In this document: positions 10,146-22,083 of the stretch, in pieces | Layout of the letters: the number at the start of each line of letters is the position of its first letter | How positions within the stretch are numbered: the stretch's first letter is position 1 | NCBI GenBank assembly: GCA_002269645.1 | Contig: NIVC01000413.1 | Coordinates: forward strand, 62,001-126,000 | Source: Macrostomum lignano | Taxonomy: Eukaryota | Direction of reading: 5' to 3' | Length of the DNA stretch: 64,000 nucleotides | Program-made: the position numbers and the translations under genes | Notes under the pieces: model-generated | Seen by the model: the letters and a program-made list of their open reading frames with translations, nothing else | Database searches by the model: none | What the model was told of the DNA's origin: nothing

Positions 10146-13100
10146 ATGTCAACTGAGAGCCTGGCCGAGTTCACAGCAAAAGCCAGCCGAAAGGACCCAC
10201 AGCAGACTAACGAATCAGAGTTCATCGGCACACCCGGGCAAAGTCAGGCAGATCGATCCCAACAGCAAGCCAGTAAGTACGAGTACTTGCAATACAGTTG
10301 AATTCTAATCGAAATTATATTGTAGGTTTGCTTACAAAATTTTTATAAGCTCACAATCGTAACTGGCTCCTGTTAGGATCTCTAGCTAGGCTACGTCGCA
10401 TACCAAAGAAAACATCCGTGAAATCGAAGAAACACGTGTTTGCTTGATTTACATTTTTTAACCTCAAATTTTACGTCTTTCTATTATAAATGTCTAAGAG
10501 TTTGGCAAAAGTCCTTGAGAAAAAAATGCTGCTTGATCTGTTAAATATGGGTGCTCAATAGAATTAGTAGAATTTCACAATGTCGAAGCGATAAAATTAC
10601 ATCCTCGTAGGACGTGTAGTAACGATTAAATATATCAGTAGTAACCAATAAGTATAGTTTAATCTATGTCTAAAATTACTTATGTGTCAAGAAGGTTTAG
10701 TCTGTGGCAAAAAACGCTTTGCACACTTAGGCTGTGAATAAGTTTACGCTCCGATTATCAAATTGCAGGCTAAACTGGCATCAGTTTGGACCATAGACTA
10801 TAGTTTTATCAACTTTTCATTCAAGCTGAATTTCGTATCTATGAATTAATTTAAAGCTCTTGGATCTACGCTCGTACTTAGGCGGAAAATGCTATTCTTC
10901 ATCACAATTGTTGACTGACATTCTTCCTTGGCAGAGATGCGACAACAGCAACCGCACCAGCAAGAAGAAACGCCACCGAATGGTTGCGGATGCTGCGAGT
11001 GCCTGCTGAAGTTTATCAGCATCATACTCATCATCCTGACCTTCCCGTTCTCCTTGTGCGCCTGCATTAAAATTGTGCAACAGTACGAACGCGCGGTCAT
11101 CTTCCGACTCGGCCGGATTCAAGGCGAGCCTAAAGGTAGCTCGCGTCCGATGCTTTTTGACAACTTTTTCTTGTGGAACAGGTTAACCTACATTCAATGC
11201 ATAAATTATTTTTTCTCAGGAAATTATTTAAAATAATTACAAATTTAAAACCAGTTCGACACAGTTCACTACGAAGTTGTTTATAAAAGAATCTGACTAT
11301 CAATGCAATTCTTGGCCTTGAACAGTCCCTATTGTTTGTTAATGATGTATTGTCACTATAGATTTAGTGTATGTGAACTAGCGCCCTCTGCCCTCAAGCG
11401 GGGGCGTTCGAATGAAGTCCTCAAAGTCATATATGACGATCGAGTCAGGCTCGTTTCCGCTCTATGGTGTCCCGATTGACGAACCTAATAAATATAAAAA
11501 ATTCGCACCTAAAACCACCGAAATCAAATAATTCGTTTCATAGGTCCCGGTCTGTTCTTCGTCATGCCCTGCATTGACAAGATGCAAGTGATGGACTTGC
11601 GAACGGTGACTTTCGACGTGCCGCCGCAGGAGATTCTCACCAAGGACTCAGTCACCGTAGCCGTGGACGCCGTGGTCTACTATCGCATCTTCGACCCGAT
11701 CAGGGCCACGGTGGACATCGAGGATGTGCACCGAGCGACCCGACTGCTCGCTCAGACCACCCTGCGCAACACTCTGGGCACGAAGACGCTGCATGAGGTG
11801 CTGGCCGAGCGAGAGATCATTGCTCAGACGATGCAGGAGAGTCTGGACACTGCCACGGATCCGTGGGGCGTCAAGGTAGGCGAGAAAGTCGATTAGATTC
11901 ATGAGCTCTAAAATGTGTAGATTCTAGTCTAGTTTAAGTAAGCAATTGAAGTTCATTGTGGACTACTGATTTGAAGTAGGCTACTCAGGAAAAATACCAG
12001 TTTGCCTAGCGTCATTTGGCATTTAATGTCAAGGCCATGAAAGAGTAGAAAGAGTTTCTGCATCAGCTATTTAGCAGAAAAGTCTGACTTCGAAAGAAAG
12101 GTTGCAACAGTTCTTGCCTGAGATGGAACTCGCGATCTATGAAATGAAAAAATCTAACATCATCGAGGTTACCTTCTGTGGTTCTTTCTTGCGTGTTAGT
12201 ATCGACGTGAATATGAGAAACTCTTTCAAGAAGAGAAAGTATTGATTATGGTTGCTGCTGCCATCGCAGACACAAAGTCAAGAGAGAATGACACGATTTC
12301 TGTACAACTGACATTTGGAGGTTTTTAATTCGCAATGTGATCAGCGTTTAGCGAGGAAATAATGGCGCATTAATTAATTAAATCTATTCCGAGCTTTATG
12401 CAGTCGACAAAACTAAAAATTGCATATTACTAAGCTATAGTTGCATGGAAAAACTAACTTTGATGTATTTTTTTAATTTTAATTAGTAATCACAGTATTG
12501 AATTTTCCTACAAATTATCCAAATGTGCTAAATAGGCATGTACGCTCAAGTAGGAATTCTTCAGAGTTCAGAGAGCGCGACCAATTGCGCTAGTCGGCCA
12601 AAACTCGTAAAATTGTTACGCAATTTTATAGACGCTGGATTCATAAAATGTTTCCTATTTTTAATAGAACGTGGGGGTTGTGGAAGGCGCCTTAGTTACG
12701 AAATTAGGACGAGTTTCGACGCAGTTCACCATGCAGTTGCTTATTAAAACATCCGATTATTAATATTAATGCAATTCTATGCAACATACACGCAGTAAAG
12801 ATTTAGTATATGTGACTAGCATTCTGTGCCCCCCGTTAGGGAGGCAACTAAAAAATAAATATTTTTTGAATAAACCACAATTTAAGGTTTTGACCTTGAA
12901 CAGTCGCTATTGTTAGTGAATGATGCATAGGTTTAGTACACATGTATGTTAAATATAGCGCCCTCTGCCCCCAAGGAAGGAGTTCGAATGAAGTCCTGAA
13001 AGTAATGTATGAATTTCAGCAGTTTGTGCCAACGGAAAATGATAGGAAACACAACTGTCCATCACAATTTTTCACACTTACACAATAACACTGAGACAAC

Positions 13101-13620
13101 CCTAAGATATTTACTAAAACAAACTACACAACTATGACATACAAAAACATACAAGGCTTTTGCAACCACCTTGTGCATTGCTGTCTCAGGGTTCCTGCAT
13201 AAGCCCGCACGCTGGTGTTCTCGTATAAATAATTCAAACATGGCAAAGAGTTAGAATTGAAAACAAAGCACTTTACCAGAGAAGAATTTGTCAGTTCTTA
13301 CTCCAGCACCTGACCATGCTTTCAATTATCTCCCCCAGGTGGAGCGCGTCGAGGTTAAGGACGTCCGGCTACCCGTCCAGATGCAGCGCGCCATGGCGGC
13401 CGAGGCGGAGGCGCTGCGCGAGGCGAAGGCCAAGGTGATTGCGGCTGAGGGCGAGCAGAAGGCTTCCAGGGCGCTGAAGGAGGCCGCCGATGTGATCGAC
13501 GAGTCTCCAGCGGCTCTGCAGCTGAGGTACCTGCAGACGCTGAACTCCATTGCGGCTGAGAAGAACTCCACCATCTTGTTCCCGCTGCCAATGGAAATGC
13601 TGAGGGGGATTAAAAGATAA
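10146..13620 (+). CDS. Stomatin/band-7 (SPFH) family protein, paralogue A; exons 10146-10272, 10935-11135, 11544-11875, 13339-13620 (313 aa)
   Basis: Hydrophobic hairpin LLKFISIILIILTFPFSL, IKIVQQYERAVIFRLGR, GPGLFFVMPCID, DLRTVTFDVPPQEILTKDSVTVAVDAVVYYRI, AMAAEAEALREAKAKVIAAEGEQ, ALQLRYLQTLNSIAAEKNSTILFPLP; GT-AG sites in compatible phases (1,1,0); exon 1 inferred from ATG, GTAAGT donor and phase match. Confidence 0.9.
11310..11440 (-). mobile_element. Helitron terminus remnant in stomatin A intron 2 (related copies at 12790-12850 and 12890-13020 in intron 3, and at 21170)
   Basis: TTTAGT-containing 5'-end-like motif followed by ACTAG and a C-rich/G-rich hairpin (CTAG at 11378, 12816, 21170); 11310-11430 and 12890-13010 resemble each other. 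Confidence 0.45.
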
Positions 13621-14199
13621 AGAGTTGCTATCGATAATGTTGCTGGAGAACTTCTACTTTGGTTGAAATGGTTTAACTACAAGCCTTCTAAATAGGTTTC
13701 AAAGACGCACGTGCTTACGGTTTTTCTAACCATGCGAAAGAGTATATACTAATCTAACAATTAACAAGTCTTTTTAATCATTAACTCTGTTTCTCATTTA
13801 GTTTCCAAGAAAAAATTCATGCACAAAATACCTATTCAGTTTTAATCAATCTTCTTACCTTCAATCTGTGTGTATTCGAACATGTAATTAAATTTCGCCA
13901 AAATGTGTCTATATCAAAACGGCTCAACACACTCGCACAATTTATTGTTAGTTTTTGAGTGGCGTCCATTTATTGAAAAGCTGCAACGTTTGAAACTGTC
14001 GAGCCGGTATGTGATTTAACGAAACATTAAATTTTTCAAGCACCCGGAGTAGTGGAATTGTGGCGTAAGCTGCTGTTCTCATTTGTACCCGGAGCACATT
14101 TTTGGCCTCTATCTAATTTCTCTTATTTGAGCTAATATTTTATAAGAAATTATGAACACAAGTTATTAAACACCACTGACTACGATACAGAGATGTAGA

Positions 14200-14575
14200 T
14201 ATTCTCTGGAGAGCTGTGGGCACCCTGGCGTGACGCCTCCTGCGACATTGTCTCACAAGCCACAACCGGTGGCGTAGCAATTCTGTCCATTCCCATGACT
14301 CCTGAGCTGTACTGTACGCCAATACTGTACGCAGGTACGCAGTCATACACACGCTCACACAGGGTGTACAGCGGTCCTGACTTTCATGCAGTTTGGCATG
14401 TAGATTCATGTGTCTTGGGAGATTGGCCCTCATGGCTGTGAATTGCGCTTTTCGTGAATTTTCTAATTTTCGTGAACAAGGCCCAAATGAATGCAGCCGG
14501 CACACGGAATCGAACCAGGGGTCGTCGTGGCGCGAGAGTCAGACGAGTTTACCACTAAGCTACTCTATTCCTACA
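14200..14575 (-). mobile_element. tRNA-derived SINE
   Basis: Minus-strand A box TAGCTTAGTGG (14562-14552) and B box GGTTCGATTCC (14516-14506); body (CCGCTGTA..TGTGTGAG..GACAATGTCGC..GCCAGGGTGC) similar to copies at 31354-31720 and 32251-32400. Confidence 0.65.
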
Positions 14576-15117
14576 TTACAGGACCTGAAACTCTACCTAC
14601 GTATCAAAGAAATGTACTACAGAAACAGTTTCTTCTCGGAAAGCTTCTGAATACTTCCTGGATGACTACGTGTACATGGGAAATATGTGTTTCGACTAAA
14701 TTGGCAAAATTATAGTTATTTTCGAGATACATAAAAACAGAACAAACTGACCCAGATCTTGGCCAATCAAATTCGAAGACCTGTTTTGACTCTCAGTGAA
14801 TTTTCCTTTTCATATTTTTCAGCTTTAGTAGTACGCGATACATGTAAGCGTGATACAGTTCGGCCGCTGTAAAAATATAAATATTTATCCGTTTGCATAA
14901 ATTAGCCCGAGTGCCAGTCAACATAGCATGACAAAAATAGACTCAGGCTGAGTCATGCATATTTAGCGTCAGTCAGACGGGCTAAAAAGCTAATTAGACG
15001 GCTTTTGCAGCACATTTAACAGAAAGCAAAGGTAGAGAGCGAACGGTGAAGAAGAGACGGGCTGCCTTGAAACGCTCTCTCTCTTTCTCTCTCAAAACAG
15101 CGATTTACTTGCGGCAC

Positions 15118-15131
15118 GTTGCCATGGAGAC
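15118..15131. promoter_or_regulatory. RFX X-box upstream of stomatin paralogue B
   Basis: GTTGCCATGGAGAC, identical to 10035-10048 although the flanks are unrelated; 216 bp upstream of ATG 15348. Confidence 0.7.
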
Positions 15132-15347
15132 GAAGACGAAGCATAGACGAAAGTATAGCCTATCCGAGCACAGAGCCGCACGCTGGCAGATGAGGCCGAT
15201 GCCTGGCTGAGAGGTGAGAGAGTAGCTAAATAAGGCTTTAGGACAATAAAATACCCACCTCAAACAGCACTCAACCCGCTGCCCTGCTCCATAGCCAAGA
15301 GACCGAACCCAAGCTCCAAAACAGAAATTGTGTTTGAGTCTTCTCAT

Positions 15348-18300
15348 ATGTCTAACGACAGTCTGTCTGAGTACAGGCCCAGAGACAACGACAATCACAA
15401 ACAGCAGGGAAGGCGGCAGCAGCAGCGGCAGCAGCAGTTAGTAGACGCAGATCAAGCCGAGGCGGTTGCCCCAGTTGAGGTCAGCAAGTTCAGCGTGGAG
15501 GCGCCAAAGTACGACAGTCCGAACTCCTCTCGTCAGGAGGTTCGCGTTGCCGCAGCGGGAGCAGCTTCGTCATCGCGATTCGACGACGAGAAGCGATCGA
15601 CGCCAAAGCAAGCCGAGGACGGCAGTCAGAACAGGCGGGAAATAAAGGAGGAACGAGGCGGTGCCACTTATAGTGAGCTCTTATACCTAAAATGCATATT
15701 TGACACAATAGTTTAGGGTACAAGCAGGTACTTACCTTAAATGCACGATAGAGTTTGTTATAGCTTTTTGCGTTCTGGTTTGGACTGCGGGCTTTTAATT
15801 TGGACACAGAGTTGAGCAAAGCCCAGAGAATGCTGGCTAGTCTATGGCACAAACCAGAAGCAACTGACGGGCTTTTAAATTCGACAGCGGGCACAAATTT
15901 GGACAGTCTTTTCCTTCCCCTTTCTCTTGCATGTTTTTTCTTGAGCCAGCGCACAAAGTACACGACGAGTTTTTTAGAAGGAAGAAACAGGCTCTGACAA
16001 TGCAAGAGTCTTAAAGTTTAAAGTTTTAGAAAATTGTATCTAACGGTTTGGATAAGTTCAATGTTTGGGTCAAATATCCAGATTCATGACCTACCCTCAA
16101 AAACTGATTACTGTCGTTCTTAACTTTGATCTTCTTGTCTTCTGTGTCCAAAGGGGATGCGAACTTAAGCTCCAGAATAGAGCTCGAATGAGGCCAGCAG
16201 ATCAAACCGACTGGAATCGATAACTTGTCGGCCCAGATGACTATAACCGTCTGGACATTTGGCCCTGTACTCTTATTTAATGAATGAGAAGTCAAAGGGA
16301 GATTGTATTTTAAATGCATGTAATGTCTTCGTATTGTTATATTTATTTTTGCAGCACTCCTTTATTAGTCGGAAGCAAATATAAAATATTTGTAAATTAA
16401 CAAGTTGAAAGTTTTGAAAAAAACGTTTACTTAAATGTTTGTCATCTTGAATGCAAAATGCGCTTTAGCTGTCGTCATACTAGTGGCAGCTCACTAACTG
16501 CCTAAGCCTGCACCAGTGCGATCAATGTAAGGAATCCTGTTTCATGAACGAATGGATTCCGACTTGGTTCAATCCTCATGTCATCGATTTTATACCAGAC
16601 GTTGCTTTTAAAGATGCAGCAGGTGTAGTGCCCTTCCCGAACAATTTTTTGCGGGTCGCCTCTTAAGGTGGAGGGGGGGGGGCGACCGCTTCCCCACCCG
16701 CCAGCCCGAGTGGCGCTGATGGCACCTTATGGTATTGGGCAATAGACCGTAAAAAATTCGCGGCCTAAACCAAAAACTGAAATGTGAGGGCCATTGACTC
16801 GCTTCTTGGTTTCCAAAATAATCACTATCCTTAACATGGCTTAAGGGCTGCATAACACTGCGCTTCCTTGAGATAAACTCTAGAGCCTTAAATTCACATG
16901 AAATCCCCATTTATCCCATTTCTTCCCCAGGACCCAGTAGAATAGACTCGGGTGGGATGTGTCAGCGTTTGTAGTCATCCGGGCCGACAAGTTATCGATT
17001 CCAGTCGGTTTGATCTGCTGGCCTCATTCGAGCTCCATTCTGGAGCTTAAGTTCGCATCCCCTTTGTGCCTGCTGTCGAATTTAAAAGCCCGTCAGTTGC
17101 TTCTGGTTTGTGCCATAGACTAGCCAGCATTCTCTGGGCTTTGCTTAACTCTGTGTCCAAATTAAAAGCCCGCAGTCCAAACTAGAACGCAAAAAGCTAT
17201 AGTAGGCTTTTTAAATCACTGAGCTTTTAGGCGTGCCCGACAATGCGTCGATGGCAGGGGTCGGCAAATTCCGGCACGTGGGCCACATGCGGCCAGCCAA
17301 GCGTCTTTATCCGGCCCTCAGGTCCTTTGAAACTTCACAGTAGCAATCCAGCTAGCTCAGGGTTTGTCTCTCTTCTCAGCTGTCTTATCTCTTCTCTCAT
17401 CTCCCTTCTCTCCTCGATACGTCATCACTGAACACAAGGGACCTCTCTGCTGATATGAGCTCAGTCTTCTAATCTTTTCTGACAGTTGATCATTGAAACA
17501 CTTTTCAAAAATTTTCTTGATGAAAACTTGTATATTGTTAGTAGGCGTTACCGTAGACATTTCCCGCTGTTAGCGGGGGTTGCGGGAAAGAGTCCTATAG
17601 GGGTGTGGGGGGAGCCCCACATTCAAAACTTGGACAAGCTTGCAGTTTTTCATGCGCAAAAATCAGGTTTAGCACTAATATAATTATTGTTGCTGCAGAT
17701 TAACAATTACTCAAAGATGCGTACAAGTACGCTCGTACTTGTGGTAGCGATTGTTGCTCTCATTAGCTTCACTGACACCCTTGAGGCTCTATTGCATCCA
17801 TTAGCGTGAAGTGGCTTTGGCTATTGACTACAAACCTGACTGTATATTATCTCAATTTATGACATGTAAATGTATATTTTGCGTCACACTTGTAGCCTTA
17901 CAACGTGCAGTGTGCAATAACATAGGAACACTGTACATCAATATGCTAGACAAGACGTCTATAACTTCATACTTGAAACTCATTGTGTAGATAAACACAG
18001 CACTCACATCGCCATCTATGCACCCCAGTAGAAGCCGCCCCAGTGTCAACCGGAGCCATGCAACAGCAGCAAACTCCAAGGCAGAGAGAGGAAGAGCCTT
18101 CGAATGGTTGCGGATGCTGCGAGTGCCTGCTGAAGTTTATCAGCATCATACTCATCATCCTGACCTTCCCGTTCTCCTTGTGCTCCTGCATCAAAATTGT
18201 GCAACAGTACGAACGCGCGGTCATCTTCCGACTCGGCCGGATTCAAGGCGAGCCTAAAGGTAAAGAAACGTTGCTGCCTTAATTGCAACTTCTTTATTGC

Positions 18301-20274
18301 TGGGAAATACTCAGACATTTTTCATAGTGCCATCAGCATTTATAAGACCCTAAGACCTTGAACAAATAGCAGTAAGACCAATTAATCGGCATCAATGTAG
18401 CCGACGTTGATCTGGTCCATTTATCCCAAGCTCTAAGTCTTATTGTATTGAATAATATTTGGTGAACAATTATTGTACATACAGTTAGCACCTACCTGCT
18501 TCCCCTCAATACAATTCCTAATAGCAATTGGTATGGAAGACTTACATTGAAGACTTACCGTACGTTCAACAAGTTTATGACGCTAACTTAGGTATGGCGG
18601 TAAAGACTTACTTTTAACTATGCTTGAAAGCAAATACTTATATATCAATTTTAAAATTCATTAAAAAGGTCCTGGCTTGTTCTTCATCATGCCCTGCATC
18701 GATAAGATGCGAGTTATCGACCTGCGCACGCTGACTTTCGACGTGCCGCCGCAGGAGATTCTCACCAAGGACTCAGTCACCGTAGCCGTGGACGCCGTGG
18801 TCTACTATCGCATCTTCGACCCGATCAGGGCCACGGTGGACATCGAGGATGTGCACCGTGCGACCCGACTGCTCGCTCAGACCACCCTGCGCAACACTCT
18901 GGGCACGAAGACGCTGCATGAGGTGCTGGCCGAGCGAGAGATCATTGCTCAGACGATGCAGGAGAGTCTGGACACTGCCACGGATCCGTGGGGCGTCAAG
19001 GTAATGATCAGACAACCTCCATGGCTTTGAAGATGAAAGTATCGCTTTTGTAGGAATCCATTTGCTAGTCACGGAATCGGAGATACAACTCTGAATCACG
19101 CTATGACGCTTTGTATTCTCAAGATGCAGCCATTGATGATGCTTTTGCAGAGCAAACACGCGATTGTAGCATTCCACGCGATTCGCTTTGATGTGTGCAG
19201 CTTGGGGAAGGCAATGCTGCTTGCTGATTCTCAAAGCAAAGGCAAGAAATAAAGTCCTAAAATCCTGAAAAGCCTAAAAACCTCGAGATGGCTTATGAAC
19301 CATTTTTGACCATTTACGACCAGATACGCAGAGACCTCCCGTACTGGTCAATCCCAAGGGGTTCCAGAGGATGAATCCTGATAATCAATTCGAATTTCGA
19401 AACGGTTCGTCCCGGAGCTGGACTTCAGGGACCCCATCGCATTGCAAATGCCATCATCGTACAAATCGGCAAGCCTCTGCCGCCGCGACTTACCATTTCC
19501 ACTTAGTTTATTTGATACCGAATTTATATGCGGTCTCATTGAGCATGATTTATTTTTATGTAGAAACACAGTAACTACTTCTACTACGTTGATAAGTTCA
19601 ACACACACGCAGTACACATTTAAGTTCGAGTTCTTGAATAAACTTGAATAACTCGAATAATTCAAGTTCGAAGAAAATCGGTTGAGCAATATATGTAAAT
19701 CAACAGTTCATGACAATGTTCACAATTACACAATAACACTGAGAAGGACCCTAAGATATTTACTAAAACAAACTACTATGACATACAAGGCCTCGCAATC
19801 ATCTCGACAACACCCTTCATGCATTGGTGTTTCAGATTCATAAGACTTGTCACTCCGAGCTCGTATTTTATTATAAATAATTCAAACATGGCAAAGAGTT
19901 AGAATTGAAAACAAAGCACTTTACCAGAGAAGAATTTGTCAGTTCTTACTGCAGCACCTGACCATGCTTTCAATTGTCTCCCCCAGGTGGAGCGCGTCGA
20001 GGTGAAGGACGTCCGGCTACCCGTTCAGATGCAGCGCGCCATGGCGGCCGAGGCGGAGGCGCTGCGCGAGGCGAAGGCCAAGGTGATTGCGGCTGAGGGC
20101 GAGCAGAAGGCTTCCAGGGCGCTGAAGGAGGCCGCCGATGTGATCGACGAGTCTCCGGCGGCTCTGCAGCTGAGGTACCTGCAGACGCTGAACTCCATTG
20201 CGGCTGAGAAGAACTCCACCATTTTGTTCCCGCTGCCAATGGAAATGCTGAGGGGGATGGGGGCCAAGCGCTGA
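15348..20274 (+). CDS. Stomatin/band-7 (SPFH) family protein, paralogue B; exons 15348-15672, 18029 (or 18044)-18259, 18669-19000, 19987-20274 (about 386-391 aa)
   Basis: Same SPFH motifs and intron positions as paralogue A; exon 1 begins MSNDSLSEY (compare MSTESLAEF in A); phase-1 donor GTGAGC at 15673 (alternative at 15661); exon 2 acceptor ambiguous between two in-phase CAGs. Confidence 0.85.
15759..17201. mobile_element. Foldback/MITE-like element with ~145-bp inverted arms, interrupted by a Spy-like insertion
   Basis: 15759-15905 is the near-perfect reverse complement of 16145-16152 joined to 17063-17201; TA at both outer ends. Confidence 0.7.
16153..17062 (+). mobile_element. Non-autonomous Spy-like element, 910 bp, same family as 3827-6048
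   Basis: TIRs GGGGATGCGAACTTAAGCTCCAGAAT.. / ..ATTCTGGAGCTTAAGTTCGCATCCCC; flanks CAAA| and |TTTG with no TSD; right ~200 bp similar to 5850-6048; no coding remnant seen. Confidence 0.75.
17255..17325 (+). mobile_element. hAT-Charlie-like terminal fragment
   Basis: CAGGGGTCGGCAAATTCCGGCACGTGGGCCACATGCGGCC resembles the typical Charlie/MER58-type 5' terminus; no partner TIR found. Confidence 0.5.
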
Positions 20275-22083
20275 GAAACTGTATAGGCTTCTTCGATGTG
20301 AAGAAACATGAAATACAGGTGCCGTTTGAACTTAAAAATAAACAGCTAACCGAACTGAACCTTATTCTTGTAGAAAGTGACCTCTTTGGTGTTTATTCCA
20401 GCTGCTTTAGCTCGTAAAATAACTTTTTTGTTTGAAGCATCCAGTTTTCATATCGTACTCGTAGCTTAGCTTTAATCTGAAAGAGATATTTGTAATTTTT
20501 TGCTCGTAATTTTTGTAAATCACTTTGGTAATTTACTTGTACGCTCGTATTTCGTACGTTCTAGCTATTTATTTGTACCACTTAGACTCATATGGATATC
20601 TCCGACTTAAATGGTTTGTGCTGTGATTTTGTAGTTTACAGCACCACAGCTTTCTTAGCGAGCACATTATGCCATGGTCTTTAAATTTTTCTTTACATGT
20701 ACGCGTCCGGGAGTGATTCTTTTTATTATTTTTTACTACAATTTGTCTTGTTCTAGCCAGTGCTTTTTCAAGGACTTTTTCGAAATACATTGAAATTATA
20801 GCGATTAATTGAGTAAAATAATTATTAATCAGTGGTTACACACGTATTATTTTTTCCTGAGCTTTGAACGAAGAAAAACGCTATTGACTGACGCGTAAAC
20901 AGGAAGAACGTTTGAAATCGATTTTCTTTTTTAGTTTCAAAACAACATTTTTGGCACAGTGAAATAAAGTTTGACTTTTTTATCCATAAAGTTTTGCAAA
21001 ATTTTGAAAAAGAAAGTAAAAAATGAGAAAAATGGTTTTGTTTCATTTGTTTGGTCTTTTTTACAACTGCAGACTCACAGAGCTTACAAACCGTGTTTCT
21101 GAAACTGATTTTTCACCAGTTAGTTACTGAGCAGGTACCTTCAACATCTTGGAATTTTTAGACAATAAACTAGCATTCTGCGCCCCCTTTGTGGACCTGT
21201 ACAAATACCCCGTTTAGCAGTTTTGTAGCTCGTATTGTACCTGAAATTCGAATTGAATTCTATCTGTACACGCGGAAGAGTCTGAGTGAGTACTTTTTAC
21301 GCAGTCAACAAGCGAGTGTTAACCACTAGTGCGGTGCATTTCAACCTGTCACGTGGGAGATCCATAGGATGATTAAAGGCTCCCATTTCTCCCTGAAAAA
21401 CAGCCGATTCTTTTACTTTGTTAGGATTAGCTAGTTAGTCATGGGGATGCTTTTTAAACGCAAGGAAATGGAAGAAAAAATTGGCAAAGTCGCGTTTGCT
21501 GTCAAAGAAAGAAAAAACTGCGCTTATGGTTCGCGGATATGTTGCCCTTCCTGTAACCCTCCGCCGTTCGCATTCAAGGTCAAACCATGAACTGCAGTCT
21601 CCTCCAAGGCATCTGGCAGTGTTTACTTCTTGACAGGGAGAAAGTGCTTGTCTAAAGTTGGCCTTGCGGTGCATAATATAACCTTCCAAACTGCATAATA
21701 GTTGCTACTGAATGAATCGAAGTTGGTGAACCGAAAACCAAGTAACATTCAAGTCTAAGTGTCTAACCGTTTCAATGAATAGATATGCTTTAGTTTAAGG
21801 CAAATATCTTTGGACAAAAAAGCCCTTTTATAACTTACTAATTATCACTGCCAATGGTGAAAAATATTGTTCTAAATCATTGCTTGATCCAACCAACATA
21901 TGGCAGGATATCTGACCTTGCACACACGTGATGCACAGATTGGGGCGAGGTTACAATGGGATCACAAGGCGCTGGTCTGGCTATATACTGCTCCCAACAT
22001 TATTTTAGGATAACATTTGCCTTCCACCTTAATTTCTGCGGCTAATTGAAGGTCTTGTAGAACTGCTGTTCTTAGTAGAGTGA

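Noticed and set aside
14487-14575. Possible functional tRNA genes (also 31354-31430)
   Set aside because: A and B boxes are present but acceptor and anticodon stems do not pair well, and both are attached to a shared SINE body
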